A stretch of 45,689 nucleotides of DNA from Nemertoderma westbladi. Lineage: Eukaryota > Animalia > Xenacoelomorpha. Location: positions 1-45,689 of the forward strand of contig JAUCBJ010001333.1 in assembly GCA_032718475.1 (NCBI GenBank). The letters are read 5' to 3'. A model generated the notes under the pieces. It worked only from the letters and a program-made list of their open reading frames with translations, made no database searches and was not told the origin of the DNA. A program made the translations under genes and the position numbers. Positions 11,775 through 22,930 of this stretch are shown here, in pieces. The first letter of the stretch is position 1. Each line of letters opens with the position of its first letter.

Positions 11775-13203
11775 GTAAGGGAGTGGGTATACAGATTACA
11801 GCTGCACCAGTGCAGCACAATGGTAAGGGAGTGGGTAGACAGAATACAGTAGCACCAGTGCAGCACAATGGTAAGGGAATGGGTAGACAGAATACAGTAG
11901 CACCAGTGCAGCACAATGGTAAGGGAGTGGGTAGACAGAATACAGTAGCACCAGTGCAGCACAATGGTAAGGGAGTGGGTAGACAGAATACAGTAGCACC
12001 AGTGCAGCACAATGGTAAGGGAGTGGGTATACAGAATACAGTAGCACCAGTGCAGCACAATGGTAAGGGAGTGGGTAGACAGAATACAGTAGCACCAGTG
12101 CAGCACAATGGTAAGGGAGTGGGTATACAGAATACAGTAGCACCAGTGCAGCACAATGGTAAGGGAGTGGGTATACAGAATACAGTAGCACCAGTGCAGC
12201 ACAATGGTAAGGGAGTGGGTAGACAGAATACAGTAGCACCAGTGCAGCACAATGGTAAGGGAGTGGGTATACAGAATACAGCTGCACCAGTGCAGCACAA
12301 TGGTAAGGGAGTGGGTATACAGAATACAGTAGCACCAGTGCAGCACAATGGTAAGGGAGTGGGTAGACAGAATACTGTAGCATCAGTGCAGCACAATGGT
12401 AAGGGAGTGGGTAAACAGAATACAGTAGCATTAGTGCAGCACAATGGTAAGGGAGTGGGTAGACAGAATACAGTAGCACCAGTGCAGCACAATGGTAAGG
12501 GAGTGGGTAGACAGAATACAGTAGCATCAGTGCAGCACAATGGTAAGGGAGTGGGTAGACAGAATACAGTAGCACCAGTGCAGCACAATCGTAAGGGAGT
12601 GGGTAGACAGAATACAGTAGCACCAGTGCAGCACAATGGTAAGGGAGTGGGTAGACAGAATACAGTAGCATCAGTGCAGCACAATGGTAAGGGAGTGGGT
12701 AAACAGAATACAGTAGCACCAGTGCAGCACAATGGTAAGGGAGTGGGTATACAGAATACAGTAGCACCAGTGCAGCACAATGGTAAGGGAGTGGGTATAC
12801 AGAATACAGTGGCACCAGTGCAGCACAATGGTAAGGGAGTGGGTAGACAGAATACAGCTGCACCAGTGCAGCACAATGGTAAGGGAGTGGGTATACAGAA
12901 TACAGTAGCACCAGTGCAGCACAATGGTAAGGGAGTGGGTATACAGAATACAGTGGCACCAGTGCAGCACAATGGTAAGGGAGTGGGTATACAGAATACA
13001 GTGGCACCAGTGCAGCACAATGGTAAGGGAGTGGGTAGACAGAATACAGTAGCACCAGTGCAGCACAATGGTAAGGGAGTGGGTAGACAGAATACAGTAG
13101 CATCAGTGCAGCACAATGGTAAGGGAGTGGGTAGACAGAATACAATAGCACCAGTGCAGCACAATGGTAAGGGAGTGGGTATGCAGAATACAGCCGCACC
13201 AGT
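11738..13203 (+). repeat. 48-bp tandem array, ~30.5 copies, spanning the exon C donor and open in frame
   Basis: Unit ggtagacagaatacagtagcaccagtgcagcacaatg|gtaagggagtg. Donors run from 11775 to 13167, a distance of 29 x 48 bp. Confidence 0.98.
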
Positions 13204-13481
13204 TGTGTAATATAATACCAGTATTCTTTCAGTTTTAGTATGTCCTAGTCTTGCATTCGGTCCTTATCGGTACCGCAGTTTAAGGGATACATTGAAATGT
13301 TCTTATATAGTCAATAATGATTTTCTCATTAATAAAATTATGTGTATATTTAATATGAGAAGGCTTTTGACCCAATATGAATATAGTATCATAGTGTATG
13401 TATTATTTATAGTCGAATGATATATATTTTGTTTTAACTAATATTATTATATATTTAACTATATGTGTTTCTCATTTTCAG

Positions 13482-13606
13482 TTTCTCCTTTTAAATATAA
13501 GAAGCAAGTTGCCCAGGACCTGACCAATTACCGCCTCAGTACTGGTCTTTTACAAAGACAGCAACAGTCGCGCACGGGTGCCATGGCAACAGCTCTACCA
13601 ACACCG
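13482..13606 (+). CDS. CEP126: Exon D of the CEP126-like gene
   Basis: Acceptor ctcattttcAG ending 13481. The phase-1 join is open: VSPFKYKKQVAQDLTNYRLSTGLLQRQQQSRTGAMATALPTP. Consensus donor GTAAGT at 13607 (phase 0). Confidence 0.72.
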
Positions 13607-14292
13607 GTAAGTAACGACATAAACGTGTCGTAACTTATAATTTATTATCGGGAAACGAATACCCAATATATTTATTCGTGAGCTCATCGTGTCATGCTGC
13701 TTTGGCTCTCGCCAACTCCACTTAAGATGTTCTTCAATTTTAGTTGGCTATATTTATACGTTCGATAGGTAAATTTTTATAATTTTTAGCCACTTTCATT
13801 TAAGGCCTTAAGAAACTTGTTATAAAAATGGGTTTAAATTTCTCCGTGTCGCACTGACAGTTGTTGCCAACCTACCGTTCACTACCCCCCACCCGGATGT
13901 GCATTACTAACCAATATTGTCAATAAACACCATCTCCCTTAATACTACAATCATTTTTAGCAAGTCGCCCCCCATAATATTTTTCAAATTTCAATCATAT
14001 GCTACGAAATTTGGTATGATGATGGTTAAAGACAAGTTCTCTTACTGCTGACAGAGCGGATTGTTTTATTTTCTGAGCTATTTCGATGCATAGAACTGGT
14101 AGCATTTGATTGAAATTTTAAAAATTAATTAATTAATTAATTTAATAAATAAATTAATTTGATGAATTATTTCACTATAAGGTAGCATTTGTAGTTTAAC
14201 TTTGACGTAAAAACTTTTGAAAATCCGACGTATTTTGATTAAGTTACAGTAATGTAATATGCCTATTCATATTTGTACACATAAAACCCTTA

Positions 14293-14372
14293 GGTACTCT
14301 CGTGGCGTAGTGGTCAGATGGTTAAGGCGTTGGTTACATTACGTAGGTTACGAGTTCGAATCCCAGTCGGGA
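14293..14372 (+). mobile_element. tRNA-derived SINE head or pseudo-tRNA
   Basis: A-box-like tggcgtagtgg and B-box gagttcgaatcc; I could not build a clean cloverleaf. Confidence 0.5.
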
Positions 14373-14429
14373 AATGTATTTTGTATTTTGATTTGTATTT
14401 TGGGGCCATTTATTTTCGTGTGGTGCTAA

Positions 14430-16458
14430 TTGGTAGGCCAATGAGAAGCGTACAACGTAGCGAATAATGAGCCAGGCCAATCATAGGGCATAAATTATCT
14501 TATTGCTCAAATGTGAGGCAGTGGAAAATTCTGTTAGGATTCCATGTCCCAGATTTAGTGTAAGGGCCGGACTGCGTTGAACGATGAGCTGGGCCAATCA
14601 TAGGGCACGAAGCACTTCATTGCTCAATTGTGAAGCTGTGGAAATTTCTGTTTAGTTTCCATGTGCAATTTCTAGTATAAAAGGCCGGTTTGCCTTCGGT
14701 TATCACCTTAGTTACCTAGAACCTTATACCTTGTGTTACACTCTCTTATTCTTGTAAAATTTAGTTTATTCGGTTTCTTGTTGAAACTTCCTTTTGATAA
14801 ATCCTTTGTAAAACTGTAAATATACTGCAATTTCCTGACATGTTTTCTTTTGGTCCGACTTCGGGACAGCCGAACACCAGGGAGATGGCAGCCTAGACCG
14901 TTAGGCCGTAAGCAACGCAGGGAAGGGATGTCCACAACACGCTAGCGCCCACATTTGGATTGACCGCGCACCCCCTTTGCCCTTCGAAATACTCCACTTG
15001 CTATGCAGCGCCCGCTTTGTGAGAAGGTAAGACTTTGTTCGACGCCCTTGCCCGCCGTAAGACCTATAGATCAGGGTAAGCGTGACACCGCACTGGACGC
15101 CGCAAATTTAGGATCAAATAATTATATCCAGACACCCCCCCCCCCCCTTCTTGTCAGTCCTACGAACCCCTGGGTTAACCTGTACTTCCTACAGGTGCGA
15201 ACTATTGCCATTCGTCAGTACGCGAGTACATATTAGGTACGGACAGCATATGTTCCATAATTTAGTGATTCGTAGCACTGACTGTTTGGTACCGGTTCGC
15301 TTTGTAGAACGTACATTAGTACCCCCCCCCCCCCCCCCCCCTGTCTGGAGTTAGCTATTTGATCAGGCAAGGAGTATTTCTGCTACCGGCACACTGCTTG
15401 GCCTAGGGAGGTTTATTAATATCCTACCGCGCCTTGCCACGTACTGATAGGTATTGCTGCTAACTACCGCAGCAACAAAGTTCTAGAATTAAATTAGTAT
15501 ACCAGATCAGCTAACGTACGGTAGCGATTAACCCCTATTCTTATCTTACAACCAGAATCTGGTATTAGTGCCGATCACGGGTGTAGTTACTAACACTGTG
15601 GTTGCCCATTGGGTTGTGGATAGGAAGGAGAGAGCTTTGACGTCATTCGTGAGTATAAAGTTCTACAAACGCGACTAGTTTATTTTAGTAGCTAGCGCAC
15701 GGTATCATTTTAGTCAGAAAATCACTAAAACCTAGTAAAAGGAATTACTCGAAATTGTTTTATTTGTAACACACCCACACACACACGCCCTAAAACATAT
15801 CGCCCTTAAAGTTCTACTAGCTATAGCGTACTATACATTACGTTAGGTGGAAATTATCTGTATTTGTAAAATTAGGATCTGATTTAGTTGCGGCAATAAG
15901 GAGTATTTCATTTTCGTTATTAAACTGTTGTTTGTCTGGACAACGGTATTGTTACATTTAGGCCTGACCTTTTAGACTGATTTCGTACAGGGGGATCAGT
16001 TATTGTTACATTTAGGTACGACCCCTTTTCGACTGATTTAGGACTGTCAGTGTTGTTACGCTAGGTCTGTTAACCCACTAGCTCGTATATAAACCATATA
16101 AATCACACCGCGGCAAGTTACTGTATTTAGGACTGTCAGTGATAGTTAGGATTCGCTGCGCGGGGATTGTTTTCCCGTGAGTTTGGTCTGTTACTGTAAC
16201 TGTACATCTGCCTCACCGGTTAGAGGACAGGTATCCTTCTGTCTAGTACGTAGGCATTAGACCCGCTCACGTACATAGAATAGATACAAGGCTCTGTTCC
16301 TCGCCAGTAGTCGTTTGTGTACTATATCTGTTTGTTTAGATATCCTGGACTGGGATTTGTTGTCAGATACTGTACAAGCCCGTATACATTACTAGAGTCT
16401 CATAGTAAGATACATCGTTACTAGGATCTGGTAAGCGGTATACTACTGGACCCTTACA
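14430..16458. mobile_element. Possible LTR-like or other non-coding repeat with promoter motifs
   Basis: Three ggccaat boxes, a ~118-bp tandem duplication (~14470-14695), TATAAAA at ~14677, higher GC than the flanks, and an end at ...cccttaca. No TSD or coding domains found. Confidence 0.3.
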
Positions 16459-17004
16459 TAATTAATTTAATAAATTAAATAATTAATAAATTAAATTAAC
16501 TAAATAAATAAATTAATTTATTTTTTATATCACTGAAATTCTAGAATTTTGAATAACTACACTATATAATTCCATTGACAGCAGTTGTAGGCCAACTGTA
16601 TGCATATTGTATATTATTATTATTTTCGGCGTTCACAATGTCAATTTATCCAATTCGCCAAAGATATGTTTATATTTCTATTTCTATCAAATTCGTTTTT
16701 TAGTTTATTTTATTTTCTTTGAACTATACTTTTGCTATTTTGCTATACTGAATTTAATAGTTCGAAGAAGAAATAATCACTTTAGTTTCGTATTTTCAAG
16801 GTAAAAACTAAAGTTAGCTACTGAACCGATGGTTATTTCTACCAGGAGAAACAGTTGATGATACTGTAGCAACTACTGTAGCTGTTATATGTGAATTGTA
16901 TGAAATATTTACAATAATAACCGTAATCAGACGTTTCTGGTCAAAGGGTCTAAAGGCCGTGTCAGAGGTTCGAAAGAACCGTAGTTTTAATTTTATTATC
17001 ATAC

Positions 17005-17205
17005 ACCTTTCCTTCAATTGTTAACAACATCGTTTAGAAAATGCCGTCCCTGTAACTTGCTCCTTTCCCTCAATTGTTAACATCGTTTATTGTTTTGGTT
17101 AGAAAATGCCATCTCTGTAACTTGCTCCTTTCCATCAATTGGTAACAAAATCGTTAATTGTTTCGATTTGAAAATTTCGTCTCTATAACTTGCTCCTTTC
17201 CATTA
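17005..17205. repeat. Three degenerate ~60-70-bp tandem copies
   Basis: agaaaatgccgtccctgtaacttgctcctttcc-like motif occurs three times. Confidence 0.7.
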
Positions 17206-17427
17206 TAATTTTTTGGCAATGGTGTTTGTTCTTTAAAACGTCTTTTCGATTCTTTGACCTGTAATCTAATCATTAGATTATTTGCAATAATAATAATAAT
17301 AATCTACTGCTTTTGTCTCAGATACTTTTATCTGGTAAGGCGCTATTAAATAATGACAATAAGCACTATTAATTCTAGAATAATGAAGTTTGCACCGATA
17401 AATACCAACATTACCGCAAGTCGTATA

Positions 17428-18246
17428 TCGACCCCTTAGAACCATAACCAGCCATGTCCACATTTTGTCAAAATTGAGATAGGAATGCTGAACAGAAAGA
17501 AGTACTATCCATGAAAAAGGTCTCAAGTCCATCCATATCTGCATTCAACTAGCACATCTGGCAAGTCGGTAATTTCCATGTCCAAACCATGAATTTCTGA
17601 TAAATGAGCCATGTCCAATGCTTTTACAATAATGAGCCATGTCCAATGCTTTTACAATAATGAGCCATGTCCAATGCTTTTACAATAATGAGCCATGTTC
17701 ATACAATAATGAGCCATGTTCAATGCTTTTACAATAATGAGCCATGTTCATACAATAATGAGTCATGTCCAATGCTTTTACAATAATGAGCCATGTTCAA
17801 TGCTTTTACAATAATGAGCCATGTTCATTGCTTTTACAATAATGAGCCATGTCCAATGCTTTTACAATAATGAGCCATGTTCATTGCTTTTACAATAATG
17901 AGCCATGTTCATTGCTTTTACAATAATGAGCCATGTCCATGGACGTGGCTCATTTTGTCACATATATATTTTACAAATAGTTGGGATTTCAATTATGTAA
18001 GAATGAGCCATGTCCAAAAATTTTAGTAGTATAGTTTTGGAAAATTGGCTGGTTTTCACAATTGGCAACACATATTCCAAACTTTTTGATGTCACACCGT
18101 GTAGTAGCGGTTGGGCCATGAATTTACATTGAAATAACCTTGTTATAATGATGTGTCGATTTATAGCGGCACTTAAAAAACTTTAAACGCGTTTTTCTCG
18201 GAATGACAAAATGTGGACATGGCTTGTTATGGTTCTAAAGAGGTGA
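17428..18246. mobile_element. Non-autonomous TIR DNA transposon with an internal 28-bp minisatellite
   Basis: Left ccccttagaaccataaccagccatgtccacattttgtca matches right tgacaaaatgtggacatggcttgttatggttctaaagagg. About 12 copies of aatgagccatgtccaatgcttttacaat lie at 17603-17940. Confidence 0.85.
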
Positions 18247-18654
18247 TTTAATATTATAATAAATAGTAAGTGTGTTTGGTTGGACATGCCAACTCAGCAT
18301 TGGGTAGTATCAGTATGAAAGGCCATAGGCGCTATCTGTGGTTGTAGAAGTTCGTCTTGATAGGGGCCAATGCCAACCATATTGACCAATGTCCCCGTAC
18401 GTGATTTTAATTTTATTTTGATTTTGATCAGGCGCTGTAAAATAATGACAATATGGGCTATTAATTCTAGAATAATGAAGTTTGTACCGATAAATACCAA
18501 CATGAAAGTCGTATATTCATTCTGTAACAAAATGTGCTGGTCTGTGAATACCTAAAACGGAATTGATACCGGGTTGTGATTGCAATATGATAACATTGTG
18601 TATTTCCATATAATAAGTTTGATATGAAGTTTCTCTAAATCGGTTGTCAGTAGG

Positions 18655-19974
18655 TCAGTTAAAGGAATACCATTGGGTTACCGCGATACCTGGACCCGCT
18701 ACAACTTTCCTCCAATAGGTTTGTGTGCGCGCTTGTTTCCCTGGCAACGTTATAGTTCCCACTTTGGCCGTCCCAATCAGATGCTGTTCCTCCATCACCT
18801 GGACAACCAATGACAAGTGACCTCGTTCCGCCGTTTGCGATACATTAAAGGTGATGACGTCACTCCATACGGGATTGCCGGTTTCGCTGTGTCGGGCAGT
18901 ACAACGCTGACTGTCTGCGGGTTTGGAGGCGTTTGAACTGTAAAGTTTCGCGATTACGAAGTATTTCTTGGTTCCGAGTGAGTTGTGCGGCAAATTGAGT
19001 CCCTTTCGAATAGTAACTCGGAGTATTCTCGACAGCGTCAGGTACTGAAGGGTGAGTAGCAGCTGGGGAGGGCATCTCACTACCGGGTCCCGGAAGTCCC
19101 CCCGTTGTAAACTTGTCCCATCTTCGTCCCACTCCCTCTTAACGTCTCTGAGACTCAACGACGCTTCCTTAGCGACCGTCTCCATACCGTTGTTACCACG
19201 GGTTACCAGCAAGCGAATCAGCACTCGTCCCCGCTCGACGTCCCTTTCCGTCAACCCCGAGAACTGGAAGCACTGGCGGAATGACGTAATAGCGTTGCTA
19301 GGTAACAACGGGGTAACCGCTTCGGTGGCCTCGAATTCGTCGAAGGTCGGCACGATTTTAAGTTTCACTCTGTACGTGACGTCACACTGCGCGTCGACGT
19401 TTACCAGATGTATTATTGCCAAGGTTACGGTCCACCGTTCGTCTTCCTCGGAGTCAAACACTACGAGACAATCGATGTAAGGCGTACTGCTGTCTTCGGT
19501 TAGACGTCTTTTTATTGGCTGGCCGTCTTTGTCCAATCGGATGTTGTCGTCCGAACCTCTTTTGCTGTCCTTCTCGCGGTTCCCCAACAATCGTTTCATT
19601 CCGACTAGAACAGATGAATTACTTTCAGTTTCGCTGACAATCTTTATCGACTTTGTTTTGTCTTGCGTCGTCGATTGCGTTGCTGTTGTTTTGTTTCTAT
19701 TTTTCGTTCCGGTATCTAGCGAGTTGTCTGCCGATTCGCCGCTATCGCTGTTTCCGTGGTAACGCGACGTGACCCGTTCGGTTCGCGTTGGGCTAGTGGC
19801 CCAGCTGTAGGGGCTCACCCCGGGGGGTAGAATGAAGGATATACTCCGGCGGTCGCGGTCCCGTCTCGATCGACTCCTACTGCGTCGGTAGACCAGCCGG
19901 GCCGCCGCCAACACCACAGCAACCAATACAACAGTCACTATTATGGAGACTACGGTAGCAACCACGGTCACCAT
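18655..19974 (-). CDS. Intronless synaptotagmin-like protein (N-terminal TM, linker, two C2-like domains), 439 aa, nested antisense in the host intron
   Basis: Hydrophobic N-terminus followed by a basic stop-transfer stretch. C2B-like PQLLLTLQYL..RILRVTIRKGLNL, GNPVWSDVITFNV and final TYWRKVVAGPGIAVTQWYSF. ATG sits in an accATGg context. Confidence 0.85.
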   Translation of the reverse strand: MVTVVATVVSIIVTVVLVAVVLAAARLVYRRSRSRSRRDRDRRSISFILPPGVSPYSWATSPTRTERVTSRYHGNSDSGESADNSLDTGTKNRNKTTATQSTTQDKTKSIKIVSETESNSSVLVGMKRLLGNREKDSKRGSDDNIRLDKDGQPIKRRLTEDSSTPYIDCLVVFDSEEDERWTVTLAIIHLVNVDAQCDVTYRVKLKIVPTFDEFEATEAVTPLLPSNAITSFRQCFQFSGLTERDVERGRVLIRLLVTRGNNGMETVAKEASLSLRDVKREWDEDGTSLQRGDFRDPVVRCPPQLLLTLQYLTLSRILRVTIRKGLNLPHNSLGTKKYFVIAKLYSSNASKPADSQRCTARHSETGNPVWSDVITFNVSQTAERGHLSLVVQVMEEQHLIGTAKVGTITLPGKQARTQTYWRKVVAGPGIAVTQWYSFN

Positions 19975-20639
19975 GGTTTCAGTTTATACAAAGTTTGCTA
20001 ATAATCAATGAATAATCAATACTTATATAGTATTCTATAATAATTAAATATTTAATATTTTTTCTGGATGAATGAAAAAAAAAAAAAAAAAAATTAAATT
20101 TACCGTTTAATATTGTATTTTTATTATTTATTACAACTTCTATATGGTAATCCTTAAAAATGTGTTAAAAATTCGTCCAATTTCTTTCTCAAAAAATAAT
20201 AAATAAGTAATTGGAAAGTTTTTAACGAAATAAAGTTTATTTTTACAGTAATAAACTTTAACAAAATAAATACCGGTTTGGTTAAAGTATACTAATAGGA
20301 CGGTGGAATTTAAATCCTGTTTTAATATAATTATTTGAAACTAATATCCAGTTAATACTTCATTAACACAATTATTATATTAAATCTGCAATAATAAATG
20401 ATAATTTATTGTATTTCCCCTCACGTGTGGAACCTATGTTTCCGTTATCTCTCACGATTAGGTGGTTTTTTAGTCTTAACAAATAAACTGTAATCAGTTG
20501 TAGGTTTGTATTACTCATATTGGTGCATTTATTATCGACACAAGATATGCTATGTACAAACCAACCTGGCCATCATGTGTTACACGGGGTTCTGTCTAAA
20601 ATATGTGGGATTGTTATGAACTGCAAACATACGTGCTGT

Positions 20640-21252
20640 AATAACTATTTACATACTTGTGTGTAAAGTAGCACTTTACAGTGTGATGATCCGAGTGGCT
20701 TGTTACACGAACGAACGTAGTGATTGAGTGAAAATAAAGCCACGATGATCAGAACACTGTAAAGTACTTTGCAACAAGTATGTAGTATTATTCCAAAATT
20801 ATAACATTACGAAATGATTGTATATATATTATAAGTGATAGAAACTGCACAAATTATATTAGTTGCTGTATAAATAAATGTAAAAATGACATAAATTATG
20901 TTATAAATAAGTTAGCTTATATCTATGGTGGCGTTTGGAGCCATGTTATAATAATATAGCTAGGCCCTACTGGTTATTAATAGCTATACCCCGCCTACCG
21001 GTAGGTAATGCAGTAGGCCTATCTGGCTGTCAGGCAATTAATAATTAATACCTACTATTGTTTATGCCGTAACCATGACTGCGTGACTTTACAGCACGCT
21101 GCCAGGACATTACATAAATAAAAATACACCAATACAATAGTAAATGTACAGGCCAATATAATGCTGAGATGTCCTCTAAAGTTGTAAAGTGCTAAATAAC
21201 AACTCGCTGTTAATAGTAACGGCGTTGAGTAATGTTACAATTTTGGAATAAA
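20640..21252. mobile_element. Non-autonomous palindromic element: ~150-bp imperfect hairpin plus a second inverted-repeat pair
   Basis: 20640-20702 pairs with ~20737-20792. ttattccaaaattataacattac (~20788) pairs with gtaatgttacaattttggaataa (~21229). Confidence 0.6.
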
Positions 21253-22067
21253 GTTATTTACTGTCTTCTGACACTCGTAACTTTATTTGATAAACTACTA
21301 ACTACTTTATTTAGTCTTTGAAAAAACAACTCTGATCATCAAACTTAAACTTTACACCGAAGTGTTACTTTATCTCGAAATAGTAAAAGCATTTTTTTCT
21401 CAGCCATCGGCCTCGAAAAATTTATACATTTTCTTTTCCTAAAAAATGCGGTTTATAAAGTCGGACAAAAAATGTTACTTTCATTTTGTAAAAGAAATCG
21501 TTATTATTATATGAATTGAAGGAGTGTAAATCAAAAAAGTAGACAATGCACTGAAAAGTTATTAGTGTCTGCGCGGCTTACCCCAAAACTGAATTCAACA
21601 TTAATACATTTTAAAGAACCTTTAGATTATTTCCCATTGTGTAAGGCAGTATCAGGAGTTGAACACCGAACACTAACTAACTACACAGCCAACTAAACAG
21701 TATGATACTAGTACTGGTCCACAGTATATAATACCACAGCAGCACTGGCGAGAAAACCAGTGTGTCTTCCGTTCAATAATATTGTTACAATGGTAGAATT
21801 ATTCCAGGGATCGTCCAGGTTCACCATGCATGATAATGTTTTTTCATTGATTTTCTATTAAAACATCTTAAAGAATTCTTCATATACCATGTTAACGATC
21901 GATATAGGGAAGATCTATTCCATCAAGGGGTATGATGACTTGAGTAGTATTGTTAAAGTTGAGTTTATTCATTAAAATATTATTTGGAAACAAATTGTGT
22001 TTCAATGCAAAAAAACATCAGAGGCAATACATTTTTAGTTAGGTTTTGGTTTTATAAGGCCTCATTC

Positions 22068-22140
22068 GGCGCAGTGCCGAAGTGGGTAGAGCGTTGGACT
22101 TGGAATCTTTAGGTACTGAGTTCAATCCCGCTTCAGCGCT
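22068..22140 (+). mobile_element. tRNA-derived SINE head or pseudo-tRNA
   Basis: gtgggtagagcg D-arm-like segment and gagttcaatccc B-box-like segment; the stems are imperfect. Confidence 0.45.
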
Positions 22141-22539
22141 TGTTTCTTAGGAAAATCTTTTCGTATAAAATAATATATTCTGATCTATTTTTTATTTGTA
22201 TTTTTTACATTTAATTTTTACTAATTTTTTGTTCTATTCCGTATAATGAATATCGTGGTATTGTAAGATATACACACATAAGGGAATATACACATCACCT
22301 ATACAAGGTTTAATAATAATCCTAACCGTACGAACGACAAACGTCAGATACTGTGTAAATTACAGGTACCTGTAGTGTTAACACCGGTACTACCTGCAGT
22401 AAATCATTGAAAAATTGTTGCTAGGATAATTAAATAGCGGCATATTTAAGGGGGGGGGGGGGGGGGGGGGGGGGTGGGGGTGGCGCTACTTCAATAATTT
22501 TTTGCAAAATTTTTTTATTTCATCTAGAGCAGATTTTTA

Positions 22540-22930
22540 TCAAGAATCCAAATTTGAAAACCGTTTAGCAAGATCTGTCTTACTTCTCGAGATATGGCTG
22601 TCTGTCCGTTTTACTGTCGGTTTGTCCGTCAGTATGTCTTATTGTCTATCCGTCAATAAATGCGAAATTAATTCTGCGACCAGGAAAACCCCTACAGCTA
22701 AACTTTTAGCTCAATGGTGTGCCTTTTTCTTATATTTGACAGACAGATAGTCGGATAGTCAGACAGACCGACAGAGAGACATACAGACAAACTAGATTTC
22801 ATTAAAAGTGAAAACAGACCTCAGAAATGCTAACAGCGACCAGGAAAACCTCCATAGCAAAAATCTTAGCATGAGTTTGTGCTTTCTTGTTGCTAGATAT
22901 ATATTGACAGACATAACAGATAGTTTTTAC
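22540..22930. repeat. Degenerate repeat with opposing (TGTC)/(GACA) microsatellites and a duplicated gcgaccaggaaaacc core (DINE/Helentron-like)
   Basis: tctgtccg-rich 22598-22655, gacagaca-rich 22738-22790, core repeated at ~22676 and ~22836. Confidence 0.4.

Noticed and set aside
11704-13199. Cys-rich and other minus-strand ORFs over the 48-bp array
   Set aside because: They are antisense translations of the repeat.
7300-13203. CRISPR-like appearance of the regular arrays
   Set aside because: Units are head-to-tail with no unique spacers, there are no cas genes, and the context is eukaryotic.
14559-16458. Solo LTR bounded by TGTAAGGG...CCCTTACA
   Set aside because: The left motif lies inside a tandem duplication and the flanks show no TSD, so the boundaries are unsupported.
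14293-22140. Functional tRNA genes at ~14293 and ~22068
   Set aside because: A/B boxes are present but acceptor and anticodon stems are poor; tRNAscan-SE would be needed to call them.
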